Part shown: positions 9,201 to 16,840 of the stretch, piece after piece | Layout of the letters: every line of letters starts with the position of its first letter | Numbering within the stretch: position 1 is the stretch's first letter | DNA from: Rhodothermales bacterium | GTDB taxonomy: Bacteria > Bacteroidota > Rhodothermia > Rhodothermales > VXPQ01 | Length of the DNA: 64,000 nt | Assembly (NCBI GenBank): GCA_965248175.1 | Contig: OZ252093.1 | Coordinates: 596,148-660,147, forward strand | Direction: 5' to 3' | Translations under genes and position numbers: made by a program | Notes under the pieces: generated by a model | The model's input: the letters and a program-made list of their open reading frames with translations, nothing else | Told to the model about the DNA's origin: nothing | The model's database searches: none

Positions 9201-12200
9201 ATCGTCAGGCACAGCGAAAGTGGGCATATCCGTATTGTGATCCGTCAGGTTGGTGGTCGGTGACCATGACCACGTATACGTAGACCCGTCTGGCCCACCG
9301 GACGCATCACATTCTAATTCAGTGTCGGTGTCACCCTCGTCCACCTCGTAGGGGCTGTCTTCGCATGTGACCGTTATATCAAGCTTGTCCCTGTCAGCCA
9401 CCACCACATTGAACGGCGCCGAAGCGTCATCCGCGTTCGCTGCGCTCACTGTCAGCGTATACGTGTACGCCTCGATACTCTCTACCGTATCCGGTACATC
9501 AAACGTCGGAGTTTCTATGTTCGTCGCGCTAAGCCGGCGCGTATCCGGCGTACTGCCCCGAGCCGTCCATGCGTACGCGTAGACGGGATTAGCACCTGGC
9601 GCACCTTCCCATCCTTCTTCACAAATGAGTAGTCGAAAATCTGAGCTACCTTCAAACAAGCCGATTCCAATTTGTGCTGTTCCAGGACAATAGATATCCG
9701 GCTTCTCCAGAACCGTTACGGTAACATCGGCGCTGGCGACATCAGCACCCCCGGCAGACAGCGTCACCGTGTAGTCGTAGGCCTTATCCGCATCGCTCGG
9801 CTCATCAATATCAGTCGGCACAGAAAACGTCGGCTTCAGGATAGTCGTACTGCTCAACTGACCCGTGCCCGACGTACTGCCCCGAGCCGTCCATGTGTAC
9901 GTAGCACCTGACGGCTCGTTCGTCACCGAACAGTCCAGCGTAAAATCGGCTGTGCCCTCGTATACCTCGCTATCTGTGCATGTGAGCGAAGGATCCGTCG
10001 AATCCGTATCCCTAACCGTCACCGTAACCTCGGCAGTACCGTGCAACGCATTGTTTATATTGGCCGTCTGAGACGTTACCTTGTACGTATAGGTCGTATC
10101 CTGATCTATATCGCCAGGCACGGCGAACGTGGGCGTACCCGTATTGGGATCCGTCAGATTGGTGCTCGGTATCCATGACCATGTATACGTAGACCCAGGC
10201 GGTCCACTGGACGCATCACATTCCAATTCAATGTCGGCATCACCCTCGTCAACCTCGTAGGGGCCTTTGCACACGACGCTCACCGCATTACGCACCTCTA
10301 CACTAACCGGCACCGAAGCGTCATCCGCGTTCTCTGCGCTCACTGTCAGCGTGTAATAGTGGAATTCGGAGATTTCTATCGTATTCGGTACGGAAAGCGT
10401 CGGAACTTCTATGTTCGTCGCGCTAAGCCGGCGCGTATCCGGCGTACTGCCCCGAGCCGTCCATGCGTACGTGTAGACGGGATTAGCGCCCGGTGCACCT
10501 GCCCATCCTGATTCACAAATGTTTAGTGGCAAATCCGTTTCACCTTCATACGTAAGCAATGCCACCGAAAGATTTCCTTCTCCGTATTGAGGACAATAGA
10601 TATCCGGCTTCTCCAGAACCGTTACGGTAATGTCGGCGGTAATGTCATCAATGCCCGAAGCCGACAGCGTCACCGTGTATTCGGACGTCTCCTTGTAATC
10701 GTCATCGCCCACCCCCCGTATATCGTCAGGAACCGAAAACGTCGGTTTCAGAATAGTCGTACTGCTCAGATCGTTCGTATCCGATGTACTGCCGCGAGCC
10801 GCCCATGCGTACGTAGCACCAGACGGCTCGTTCGTCACCGAACAGTCCAGAGTAATATCAGCCGCACCCTCGTATACCTCGCTATCTGTGCATGTGAGCG
10901 AAGGAGCCGTCGAATCCGTGTCGAGCACCGTTACCGTGATATCGTCGGTATCATCATCGAAATGCGGGCCTGATATCTTAATCGTATACTCGTACGTCTC
11001 GTTGCTGTCCACCGCATCGGGTACGTCAAACGTCGGAGCTTTTATGTTCGTCGCGCTAAGCCGGCGCGTATCCGGCGTACTGCCCCGCGCCGTCCACTCA
11101 TACGTAGTGCTCGCTTTGGCTTCTTCCAGATCAAAACCACTGGCGGTTAAGTAAAACCCGTAACAACCCAGCGTGAAATCGTCCGCCGCTTCGTATACCT
11201 CGACATCGAAGCAAGTGACGCTGGCAGACACCGGGTTTTGCACCCATACCTTAACCCCGGCAGTGCCGTCTTCTGCATTGTCTGCCGTAGCCGTTACGGT
11301 ATACGTATACGTCGTATCCTGATCTACATCGTCAGGCACAGCGAACGTGGGCGTAGCCGTATTGTGATCCGTCAGGTTGGTGGTCGGAGACCAGGACCAT
11401 GTATAGTCCGGATCGTCCCCCGGCGCACCCGACGCTGAACAATAAAGATCAAAATCGGCATCACCCTCGTTCACCAAATAGAGGCCTCTTTCACATGTGA
11501 CTGTTATGTCCGGCTTGTTCCTAATGCTCACAGTAACATCTTCCGTAACGTCATCAATACCCGAAGCTGACAGCGTCACCGTGTATTCGTAGTCCGTGTC
11601 CGCATCTACATTGCCTGGCACTGCGAACGTCGGTTTCAGGATGGTCGTGCTGCTCAAGTCGTTCGTTGACGTGCTACCCCGTCCCACCCACGAATACGTA
11701 GCGCCCGTCGGCTCATCCGTCACCGAACAATCCAGCGTGAAATCAGCCGTAGCCTCGTACACCTCGGAATTATTGCACGTGACGACCGGTGCACTTCCTT
11801 TGAACATCAGCGCCGTATCATCCGCAGCGGCAACCGTGACCGTCACCCTTCTGCGCGCCATGCGGGGCACTCCCGAAGCCGAAGACGTCATGCTCGCTAT
11901 GTAATGGTACTGCTTGCCCGAGCTGCCAGCAGGAGCCGTAAACAACGGAGACGACAGGTCCGTCGCAGCAAGATGCGCCATGCTCGTACCCCACAGACCC
12001 TCCCACTCCCACAATATCGACGCTCCTTCCTCGTCGTAGTCCATACGAGCCGACAGCGGATCCACCCCCTCGCAATCGAGCTGAGCCGTCTCGCCCTCTT
12101 CCACCACAACATCCAATGGACAATACACGCTCGGACGACTGCTCGATACGTACACCCCCACCTCAGATGACGACGAAAGGCCCGTCGCGCGGGAGGTCGC

Positions 12201-13100
12201 CGTCAAACGGTACCGGTAACGAAACGTCGTCTCGCCCGAATGAAATGACTCCAGCGTCTCGTACACAGGCGCCTCAGGAGCCACTACCGACGGGTTCGGA
12301 GCATCCTCCGGGATCAATCTCGGATTGTCCAGATAGTCCCGCGTCGTACTGCCTACCGGCTCCCACGAATACTCCAGATATTCCTCACCCGCGGCATCTG
12401 ATACGTGACACTCGATCTGTCCCGTCTCCAACTCCTCCAGAAACACCGCCGACGGACACTCCAGATAGGGAGGCGTCTGACGACCCAACCCGCCGCCCCG
12501 AACAGGCCCGGAAGGCCGATCAGGCAGGCCGGGCGCTTCCGGGAAAAGAAGGCCCGGACCGCCTTCGTCTTCGGGGCCGCCCCCGAAAGGCTCGAATGAC
12601 GGCGGCATCTTATCTCCTGCAACGCATCCTTCCCGAAACCCCTCAAGCGCCCCAAACGAATCGCAGGCCTCCAGCAAACCCGGCGACTTGCTCCTGTCCC
12701 GAACAATATCCCCGGGAAAATCCCCCACAGAGACCGTCACCGTCGCCGTCTCGTGCACGCCCACAGACATCGCCGTCAGGCGGTACACGTATTCCCCGCC
12801 TGCCTCCGACAAGGGAGCAGTGAATAGCGGCGAACGCTCGTTCGCATCGCTCAAAAGACGGAGCCCGTCGCCCGAGAGAGACTCCCACTCGTAGCGAACG
12901 CCCTCCTCGGGTACCGCTGTCGCAGAGCACGAAAACAGAACGGATTCCCCTGCTTCAACATAAAGACGAGGTGGACAAGACAAGGAAAACGACTCACCCG
13001 AAACGCCGCCGTCCTTCACAGGAAACCCGCCTTCTTCAATCACCTGACCCTGCGCCGAAGATGCACATGCCAGCAACGCGGCGGCAAGCACACACGCCAT
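3282..13100 (-). CDS. Giant secreted repeat protein (adhesin-like): signal peptide, 3 divergent plus 23 canonical Cys-pair Ig-like repeats, a He_PIG/cadherin-like domain and a ~530-aa C-terminal region
   Basis: Single open frame 3282-13241. Likely start MACVLAAALLACASSAQGQ at 13100, with alternatives at 13202 and 13241. Repeat consensus is C-x16-C...Y.Y.W..RG.T....L....PTF.VP....D..TxYEY.LT.SAEN......VTVTVL. After the repeats comes LPEATGGLSPYTYTLEPVLPRGLRL...ISGTP (putative Ig, He_PIG-like). Confidence 0.85.
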   Translation of the reverse strand: MACVLAAALLACASSAQGQVIEEGGFPVKDGGVSGESFSLSCPPRLYVEAGESVLFSCSATAVPEEGVRYEWESLSGDGLRLLSDANERSPLFTAPLSEAGGEYVYRLTAMSVGVHETATVTVSVGDFPGDIVRDRSKSPGLLEACDSFGALEGFREGCVAGDKMPPSFEPFGGGPEDEGGPGLLFPEAPGLPDRPSGPVRGGGLGRQTPPYLECPSAVFLEELETGQIECHVSDAAGEEYLEYSWEPVGSTTRDYLDNPRLIPEDAPNPSVVAPEAPVYETLESFHSGETTFRYRYRLTATSRATGLSSSSEVGVYVSSSRPSVYCPLDVVVEEGETAQLDCEGVDPLSARMDYDEEGASILWEWEGLWGTSMAHLAATDLSSPLFTAPAGSSGKQYHYIASMTSSASGVPRMARRRVTVTVAAADDTALMFKGSAPVVTCNNSEVYEATADFTLDCSVTDEPTGATYSWVGRGSTSTNDLSSTTILKPTFAVPGNVDADTDYEYTVTLSASGIDDVTEDVTVSIRNKPDITVTCERGLYLVNEGDADFDLYCSASGAPGDDPDYTWSWSPTTNLTDHNTATPTFAVPDDVDQDTTYTYTVTATADNAEDGTAGVKVWVQNPVSASVTCFDVEVYEAADDFTLGCYGFYLTASGFDLEEAKASTTYEWTARGSTPDTRRLSATNIKAPTFDVPDAVDSNETYEYTIKISGPHFDDDTDDITVTVLDTDSTAPSLTCTDSEVYEGAADITLDCSVTNEPSGATYAWAARGSTSDTNDLSSTTILKPTFSVPDDIRGVGDDDYKETSEYTVTLSASGIDDITADITVTVLEKPDIYCPQYGEGNLSVALLTYEGETDLPLNICESGWAGAPGANPVYTYAWTARGSTPDTRRLSATNIEVPTLSVPNTIEISEFHYYTLTVSAENADDASVPVSVEVRNAVSVVCKGPYEVDEGDADIELECDASSGPPGSTYTWSWIPSTNLTDPNTGTPTFAVPGDIDQDTTYTYKVTSQTANINNALHGTAEVTVTVRDTDSTDPSLTCTDSEVYEGTADFTLDCSVTNEPSGATYTWTARGSTSGTGQLSSTTILKPTFSVPTDIDEPSDADKAYDYTVTLSAGGADVASADVTVTVLEKPDIYCPGTAQIGIGLFEGSSDFRLLICEEGWEGAPGANPVYAYAWTARGSTPDTRRLSATNIETPTFDVPDTVESIEAYTYTLTVSAANADDASAPFNVVVADRDKLDITVTCEDSPYEVDEGDTDTELECDASGGPDGSTYTWSWSPTTNLTDHNTDMPTFAVPDDVDQDTTWTYTVTASADNAEDGTAEVTVTVRDTDSTDPVVTCSDSEVYEGSADFTLDCSVTNEPPGATYSWTGTDIANRLSSTTILKSTFYVPGVNADTDYDYTVTMSADGMDDVVEDVTVTVLSKPSITARCLGNRYEVNEGSENFVMSCVATGAPGENPEYTYAWTVRGDTPVTALALLSRRDIDAPTFYVPGEVESDQIYQYLVTVSAENAVPGLVEVTVTVKDTDSADPSLTCTDSEVYEGATDFTLDCSVTNEPTGATYAWTGTDIANRLSGTTILKPTFDVPDNVDADTDYDYTVTLSASGIDDVTEDVTVTVLNKKPLTLICGPPAPVYEGAADFDLDCSASGAPQGSQYDYVWTGRGSTVVPGQLSSTTIAKPTFDVPEEVPSDTDYEYTLTVSAENAEDAAQEVTVTVLNKKALDVVCATPSPVYEGSEDFALDCAATGAPAGSDYTYVWTGRGTTSNTDLLVSATDGPTPTFDVPEEVDEDKTYEYLLTVSAENAIDATAEVAVKVLKLGSIALVCASPPLVYEGSEDFALDCSISGDTGDTDYTYEWTARGATANTDLLSATDSSTPTFAVPDQLEATTTYEYLLTARAENAEDATAEVAVTVLNRGTLAVACAPPPLVYEGSEDFALDCTASGAPVGSDYVYVWTGRGSTVNTDLLTSGTDGPTPTFDVPDALDRATTYEYLLTARAENAESGSAAVTVTVLNRGALSVVCVDPPSVYEGSTNFDLDCSVSGAPVGSEYVYVWTGRGSTVNTDLLTSGTDGPTPTFAVPDALDATTTYEYLFTASAENAESGSTEVTVTVLNRGTLAVACAPPPLVYEGAEDFTLDCSASGAPVGSDYEYVWTARGATANTDLLIAGTDGPTPTFDVPDALDATTTYEYLLTASAENAESSSAAVTVTVLNRGALSVVCVDPPSVYEGSADFDLDCSASGAPVGSAYEYAWTAQGSTVNTDLLIAGMDGPTPTFDVPDQLDATTTYEYLLTVSAENAESGSAAVTVTVLNRGALSVVCVDPPSVYEGSEDITLDCTASGAPGGSDYTYAWTARGSTANTAQLSATDIPSPTFYVPDEVDETTTYEYLLTVSADNAESGSAEVTVTVLNRGALSVVCASPASVYEGSEDITLDCTASGAPAGSEYDYVWTAQGDTANTLQLSATDISSPTFYVPDEVDETTTYEYLLTASAENMEDGAAEVTVTVLNRGALRVVCMDPGSVYEGSEDITLDCTASGTPAGSGYAYVWTAQGDTQNTLQLSATDISSPTFYVPDAVDETTDYEYLLTVSVENAEDRAAEVVVTVLNKETLAVVCTDPGSVYEGSEDFAFDCTASGAPAGPEYTYVWTARDSTANTDLLSRANISSPTFYVPDDVDSTTTYKYLLTASADNAEDASAEVMVTVLDGAPLALDDAIAGRVYIFTVGEVIEDILLPEATGGLSPYTYTLEPVLPRGLRLKVDDDTTRTISGTPLEVSPRTEYTWQVTDANAETAQITFSIEVVPAEEPTSVPVAETSSELPEPLSLGVTVSASSLRFGVQSAETQVSLDPMTDQISTRVSGPYHAGRMTLSPGGSEALDENGEMDLSIELASPVMLRREGGIEATSIVLAPQWSLAESCEQLSSQAVGGLYTEVTLSEDACRLLRFGGELDLTGVLSGQYTGSLDIILSSGESEETHSVEVDVTVIPAQRVITIGPGGVRFSTSREIPVGLTEEQNLSIYPDVAFLTDEKPNGVFELSNPSLIPLEISVSARFGYTEATENGREVVVEDASGSHLGDLSKVVDIHPGVLVLQPGEKGLVRYGLQEGALAAMAEKGYATFFDVVSEPRQYVRTDQMPEEVTGDRTARVTMRVPGVYVPGEGASQLRATLLSISFVGPMSTTFLLETADHPFAGEVVVYDGDGRELGRRETLVYTRSRVRIPLDRMPEEGTVFLRFSPRGSGRVPEPASVEWDAPRRDIGAAEDKDRTRPPETLARKP
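4990..11800 (-). repeat. Tandem coding repeats, unit ~285-300 bp (95-99 aa), 23 canonical copies
   Basis: I counted 23 PTF/PTL/STF-VP anchors in the translation. At DNA level, stretches of about 80 bp recur identically, for example cctcatagaccgaaggcggatccacacatacgacgctcaaggcgccgcggttaagcaccgtcaccgtcactgctgccgaac near 6119 and 6416, and again near 7010 with one mismatch. Confidence 0.85.
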
Positions 13101-13288
13101 ACGCCCGGCTATGGCGCCGGAGCGGCATATATGCCCCGAACGCACACCGGATTTCCCCGCCGTGTTTACCGTTCCAATCCACCGAAGAGAAGCGCCGTGC
13201 ATGAGAGGGGGAAATGCACCTGGTGGGTACTGGAGGTACAACTACAGCGACGATGAAGGTATGCACCTTATACGGTATTTGTGATTCA

Positions 13289-13317
13289 ATTATACCTGAC
13301 GGGAACGTAAATATCAA
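13289..13317 (-). promoter_or_regulatory. sigma70-like promoter TTGATA-N17-TATAAT upstream of the giant gene
   Basis: The reverse complement of 13289-13317 is TTGATAtttacgttcccgtcaggTATAAT, in an AT-rich patch 40-190 nt upstream of the candidate start codons. Confidence 0.45.
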
Positions 13318-13436
13318 TTCTACCGGGCGGTGCAGGATGTGCAATCAGCCGTCGATGCCTGCGTGGATAAATACGCGCTCCGGAATTCGGAAGGGTGATC
13401 CGGTTGCCTATAAGGGGCAGTGAGCCAGCGCAGCGG

Positions 13437-13454
13437 ATGTTTGCGCGCAAACAT
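13437..13454. promoter_or_regulatory. 18-bp perfect palindrome ATGTTTGCGCGCAAACAT (operator or terminator hairpin)
   Basis: Read directly. It is flanked by direct CCT(T)ATAAGGGG motifs at 13407 and 13471 and by a second palindrome GGGGTATACCCC at 13479-13490. Confidence 0.3.
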
Positions 13455-13539
13455 TGAGGGTGCTTCCGATCCTTATAAGGGGTATACCCCGCTCGTTCGC
13501 AAAGCCAGGATTACTTCACATTAATTGTTTAGTGCCAAT

Positions 13540-13746
13540 TTACTGTCGTTTTACATCCTCCCCGTACATCTCCGGATCCGGCTCGATCGTAACGACCTTG
13601 CCTTCCCGCATAACCACTACGCCCGTGCCGTGCTGATGCGCAACCCGGTGCGCGCGCCGGGCAGCCCGGTACAAAGCGGCAAGAACACCCTGCGTATCCT
13701 TGTTGTCAAACTCGGGAACGGGGATATGTTGTTTTCTTTCGTTCAC
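13540..13746 (-). CDS. 68-aa protein, candidate partner/antitoxin of the upstream zeta-like kinase
   Basis: The GTG start overlaps the kinase stop (GTGA). AAGGAG Shine-Dalgarno lies 7 nt upstream. Product is MNERKQHIPVPEFDNKDTQGVLAALYRAARRAHRVAHQHGTGVVVMREGKVVTIEPDPEMYGEDVKRQ. Confidence 0.6.
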   Translation of the reverse strand: MNERKQHIPVPEFDNKDTQGVLAALYRAARRAHRVAHQHGTGVVVMREGKVVTIEPDPEMYGEDVKRQ

Positions 13747-14267
13747 AGGGTTTCTCCTTGATCAATCAGTGCAGGTGCATCGCCACTATTGTCAAACCAC
13801 TGCCAGAAATCAACGATGGGACGATAGACGCCCTTAAAGTTCTCCAAACTGCGGGCAAAACGGCGACGAATGACATCCGAAGGAATATCGTGGCCGCCCT
13901 GACGAACGCGCAACGCAACGCGTTCGAGCGCCTCCTCCGGTGTCGCGAGCGACAGAAACACCAGCCTGACCGTGTAGCCATCGGTGCGCCATTGCCGGAT
14001 CCTCCTAACATACCCACGACCGGATAGCGTGGTTTCGAAGGCAAAACTTTCTTGTCGCCAGGCATGGCGGTCGATTTCCTCCAGCATCAGGCGGCCGGCG
14101 CGAACCTGGGCAATATCGGGCTGAAAAGGGGACAGACCCGCCGCGATCATGTCCGCATTGATAAAAACGGGGCATCCGCCTTCACGGGGTAGATACTCCT
14201 TTGCAAACGTCGTTTTTTCGGCCCCATTGGGCCCGGCGACGATAATGATCTTCCTGTCGGCGTTCAT
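13743..14267 (-). CDS. Zeta-toxin-like P-loop kinase (COG4185-type AAA ATPase)
   Basis: MNADRKIIIVAGPNGAEKTTFAKEYL (Walker A) ...FINADMIAAGLSP...FAFETTLSGR...VRLVFLSL...RVRQGGHDIP fits the zeta/PezT-like fold family. I prefer the internal ATG at 14267 over the track start at 14378. Confidence 0.75.
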   Translation of the reverse strand: MNADRKIIIVAGPNGAEKTTFAKEYLPREGGCPVFINADMIAAGLSPFQPDIAQVRAGRLMLEEIDRHAWRQESFAFETTLSGRGYVRRIRQWRTDGYTVRLVFLSLATPEEALERVALRVRQGGHDIPSDVIRRRFARSLENFKGVYRPIVDFWQWFDNSGDAPALIDQGETL

Positions 14268-14465
14268 GGCTTCGTATCCCCAATCCTTAAGGGTTCCTCC
14301 CATGCCTCGTGGGGACATTCCTTCGTCTAAATGTACCAAATAAATGCCCGCAGGGACATTTTCTGCGTCATTTCGCACCGACCCGCAGCCAGCACAATTC
14401 CTCCCCCCTGAAATTTTTCCATCCCCACCAGGTTACACGTCCCCATCCAGCGTGTCTATACGCGC

Positions 14466-14984
14466 ATGAGGACGCCCCTTTACATCATTGCCCCGCTGGC
14501 GCGCACGACCCTGCACTCGTTCGCCGTCCGGTCGCTACGGTCGGCGCTGCCCCTCGCCGCCCTGCTAACGCTTGCCGTCGCAACGCCCGCCGCCGGACAG
14601 ATGGTTGCCGACACCACGTTCAGTTGGCGGGGATACCGCAACGTTTCGACCTGCCGCGTGCGCATTTACCGCTCGGCGCCAAAGGCCGCGCGCCCCATGA
14701 CCGTGATCCTCGACGAACTCGCCGAGAACCGGGGCCGCTCCACGCTCGATGATGCGCCGCACCTTGCAGAAATGCTGTCGCGAAGTTTCCCTGTACGACC
14801 GGACTCGGCCTTCTGGATTTTCCGCTGGGGATCGTTCAGTTTCGCCGGGGCAACGCCGGGGAAAAAGGAAATCTACCTCAGGGCTACGTTCCGTCGAGGC
14901 AAAAGCGGAGCGCTGGGACCGCCTTCCTGGCGCGTTATCGACCGGGCCACCGTATTCGAGTACACGGACCGGGCCTACCGATGA
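14466..14984 (+). CDS. Hypothetical secreted protein
   Basis: Signal-peptide-like N-terminus (LPLAALLTLAVATPAAGQ). I recognise no family. Confidence 0.5.
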   Translation: MRTPLYIIAPLARTTLHSFAVRSLRSALPLAALLTLAVATPAAGQMVADTTFSWRGYRNVSTCRVRIYRSAPKAARPMTVILDELAENRGRSTLDDAPHLAEMLSRSFPVRPDSAFWIFRWGSFSFAGATPGKKEIYLRATFRRGKSGALGPPSWRVIDRATVFEYTDRAYR

Positions 14985-15064
14985 AAATGGCCCTGACTTT
15001 GTGCAAAAGCCACCTCATCAACCGTCATCCTAATGGCCAGACACCAACCCGGCAGGTTACTCCC

Positions 15065-15706
15065 TCACGGCCCCAGCCGCTCCACCTTCCACGCACCCGC
15101 TTCGTCGAGCCGGTACGCCAGGCGGTCGTGCAGGCGATTCGGGCGGCCTTGCCAGAACTCCAGCGCGTGAGGCCGCAGGAGATACCCGCCCCACTCTTCG
15201 GGGCAGGGTACGTCGCGCCCTTCGTATTTCTTCCGCAACGCCTCCACTGCAGCCAGCAGGGTTGCCCGGTCTGCAAGAGGACGACTCTGCGCGGAAGCCA
15301 CTGCCGCCAACTGACTCTCTCGCGGCCTCGATGCGAAATACGCCTCCGAAGTAGCCCGGTCCGTGCGCTCCGCCCGCCCCTCGACACGCACCTGCCGGTC
15401 CAGTTCGTCCCACCAGAACGTCAACGACGCCCACGGGTTCGCCTCCAGGTCGCGCGCCTTGCGGCTGCCGTAATTCGTGTAGAATACAAAACCCTGCCGG
15501 TCGAACCCTTTCAGAAGTACAATGCGCCCGGAAGGACGGCCCTGGGCATCGACCGTGCTGAGCGACATTGCGTTCGGATCGCGGCTCTTTACGTGCGCGG
15601 CCTGCACCGCCTCCTCAAACCATACCCTGAACAACGCCATCGGATCGTTACCGACCGCATCGAAGCCGTCCCCGCGATATTCGCGTCTCAGCCCACTGAC
15701 ATCCAT
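15065..15706 (-). CDS. pdxH: Pyridoxamine 5'-phosphate oxidase
   Basis: Full-length match to the PdxH pattern: ...NAMSLSTVDAQGRPSGRIVLLKGFD..GFVFYTNYGSRKA.DL..NP.ASL.F.W..L.RQVR.EG...EFWQGRPNRLHDR. Confidence 0.95.
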   Translation of the reverse strand: MDVSGLRREYRGDGFDAVGNDPMALFRVWFEEAVQAAHVKSRDPNAMSLSTVDAQGRPSGRIVLLKGFDRQGFVFYTNYGSRKARDLEANPWASLTFWWDELDRQVRVEGRAERTDRATSEAYFASRPRESQLAAVASAQSRPLADRATLLAAVEALRKKYEGRDVPCPEEWGGYLLRPHALEFWQGRPNRLHDRLAYRLDEAGAWKVERLGP

Positions 15707-15931
15707 TTTTCCGAATCTTGTATGGTTGGACGTGCAAACCCGGATCCCTATCCGCCCCGAACGTTAAAGCACACAGCATTGAACGACCGGCCGGGAAATA
15801 GGAGCCCACACCGTTTGCAATAGGCACGAATGTATGCGCGGCGCCTCGAAATGAACGGCGCGGCCCCGTTTCCCCCGATCATCTGCGTACCGTATCTACA
15901 CCACGCACTCCCATAGTGCACGCTACGTCCG

Positions 15932-16795
15932 ATGCGTCTTCCCTTTTTGCTGGCACGCCGCTTCGTCGCGGGAGAATCATTCCAGGAAGCGCTCCCCGTT
16001 ATTCGCGCCCTGAACCACAAGGGCCTGAGCGTCACCCTCGACCTGCTGGGCGAACACGTCACAAAACGCAAGGTCGCTGAGACGAGCCGGGACGCCTACA
16101 TACGTCTCGTCCGCATCATTGCCAAGGAACGCGACCGGCGCGCCATGCAGGCCGGCATATCCATCAAACTCTCGATGATCGGGCAGAAAATCGACGAAGA
16201 CTACTGCCTGCAAAACCTGCACCTGCTGCTTGCGGCGGCAAAAGAGTGCAATGTGTTCATCCGCCTCGACATGGAAGGCAGCGACTCGACGGCCTCCACA
16301 ATATCTCTCTTTGAAGAAACCTTCCCTGAATACCCCGATCACGTGGGGATCGTGCTGCAAGCGTACCTGAAGCGCACGGAACGCGACGTGGAACGCATGT
16401 GCGCGCTGAAGGCGCAGGTCCGGCTGTGCAAGGGGGCCTACAAGGAACCTTCGGAGATCGCCTGGCACAATATGGACATCATCCGCGAGCACTTCATGGC
16501 CTGTGCACAGGAACTCATCGCACACGGGCGGTATCCCGGCATTGCCACGCACGACGACCGGCTGATTTCCGCCACGAAAATCTTTGTCGCGAATCGCGGC
16601 ATAGACCGGGACCGGTTCGAATTTCAGATGCTCTACGGCATACGCCCGCAAACCCAGGAACAGATCGTAAACGAGGGGTACGGCATGAGGGTCTACGTAC
16701 CCTTCGGTACGCAATGGGCGCCGTATTTCGCCCGACGGCTGCGCGAACGGAAAGAGAACGTGTGGTTCGTGCTGCGGAATCTTGTCCGCACATAG
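15932..16795 (+). CDS. Proline dehydrogenase (monofunctional PRODH)
   Basis: RFVAGES..EA...I..LN..G...TLDLLGE, QAYL.R, CKGAY.EP, ATHD and QMLYG motifs typical of bacterial PRODH. Confidence 0.9.
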   Translation: MRLPFLLARRFVAGESFQEALPVIRALNHKGLSVTLDLLGEHVTKRKVAETSRDAYIRLVRIIAKERDRRAMQAGISIKLSMIGQKIDEDYCLQNLHLLLAAAKECNVFIRLDMEGSDSTASTISLFEETFPEYPDHVGIVLQAYLKRTERDVERMCALKAQVRLCKGAYKEPSEIAWHNMDIIREHFMACAQELIAHGRYPGIATHDDRLISATKIFVANRGIDRDRFEFQMLYGIRPQTQEQIVNEGYGMRVYVPFGTQWAPYFARRLRERKENVWFVLRNLVRT

Positions 16796-16840
16796 AAATG
16801 CAGGGCGCACGGGTGCGCGTATCCGCTTCGCCGGTCCCGA

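Noticed and set aside
4990-11800. Possible CRISPR array or non-coding satellite, because of the regular ~290-bp periodicity
   Set aside because: The period is far too long for CRISPR and there is no repeat/spacer alternation. The whole array is one conserved reading frame with protein-level motifs.
15977-16810. 277-aa minus-strand ORF
   Set aside because: It is antisense to proline dehydrogenase.
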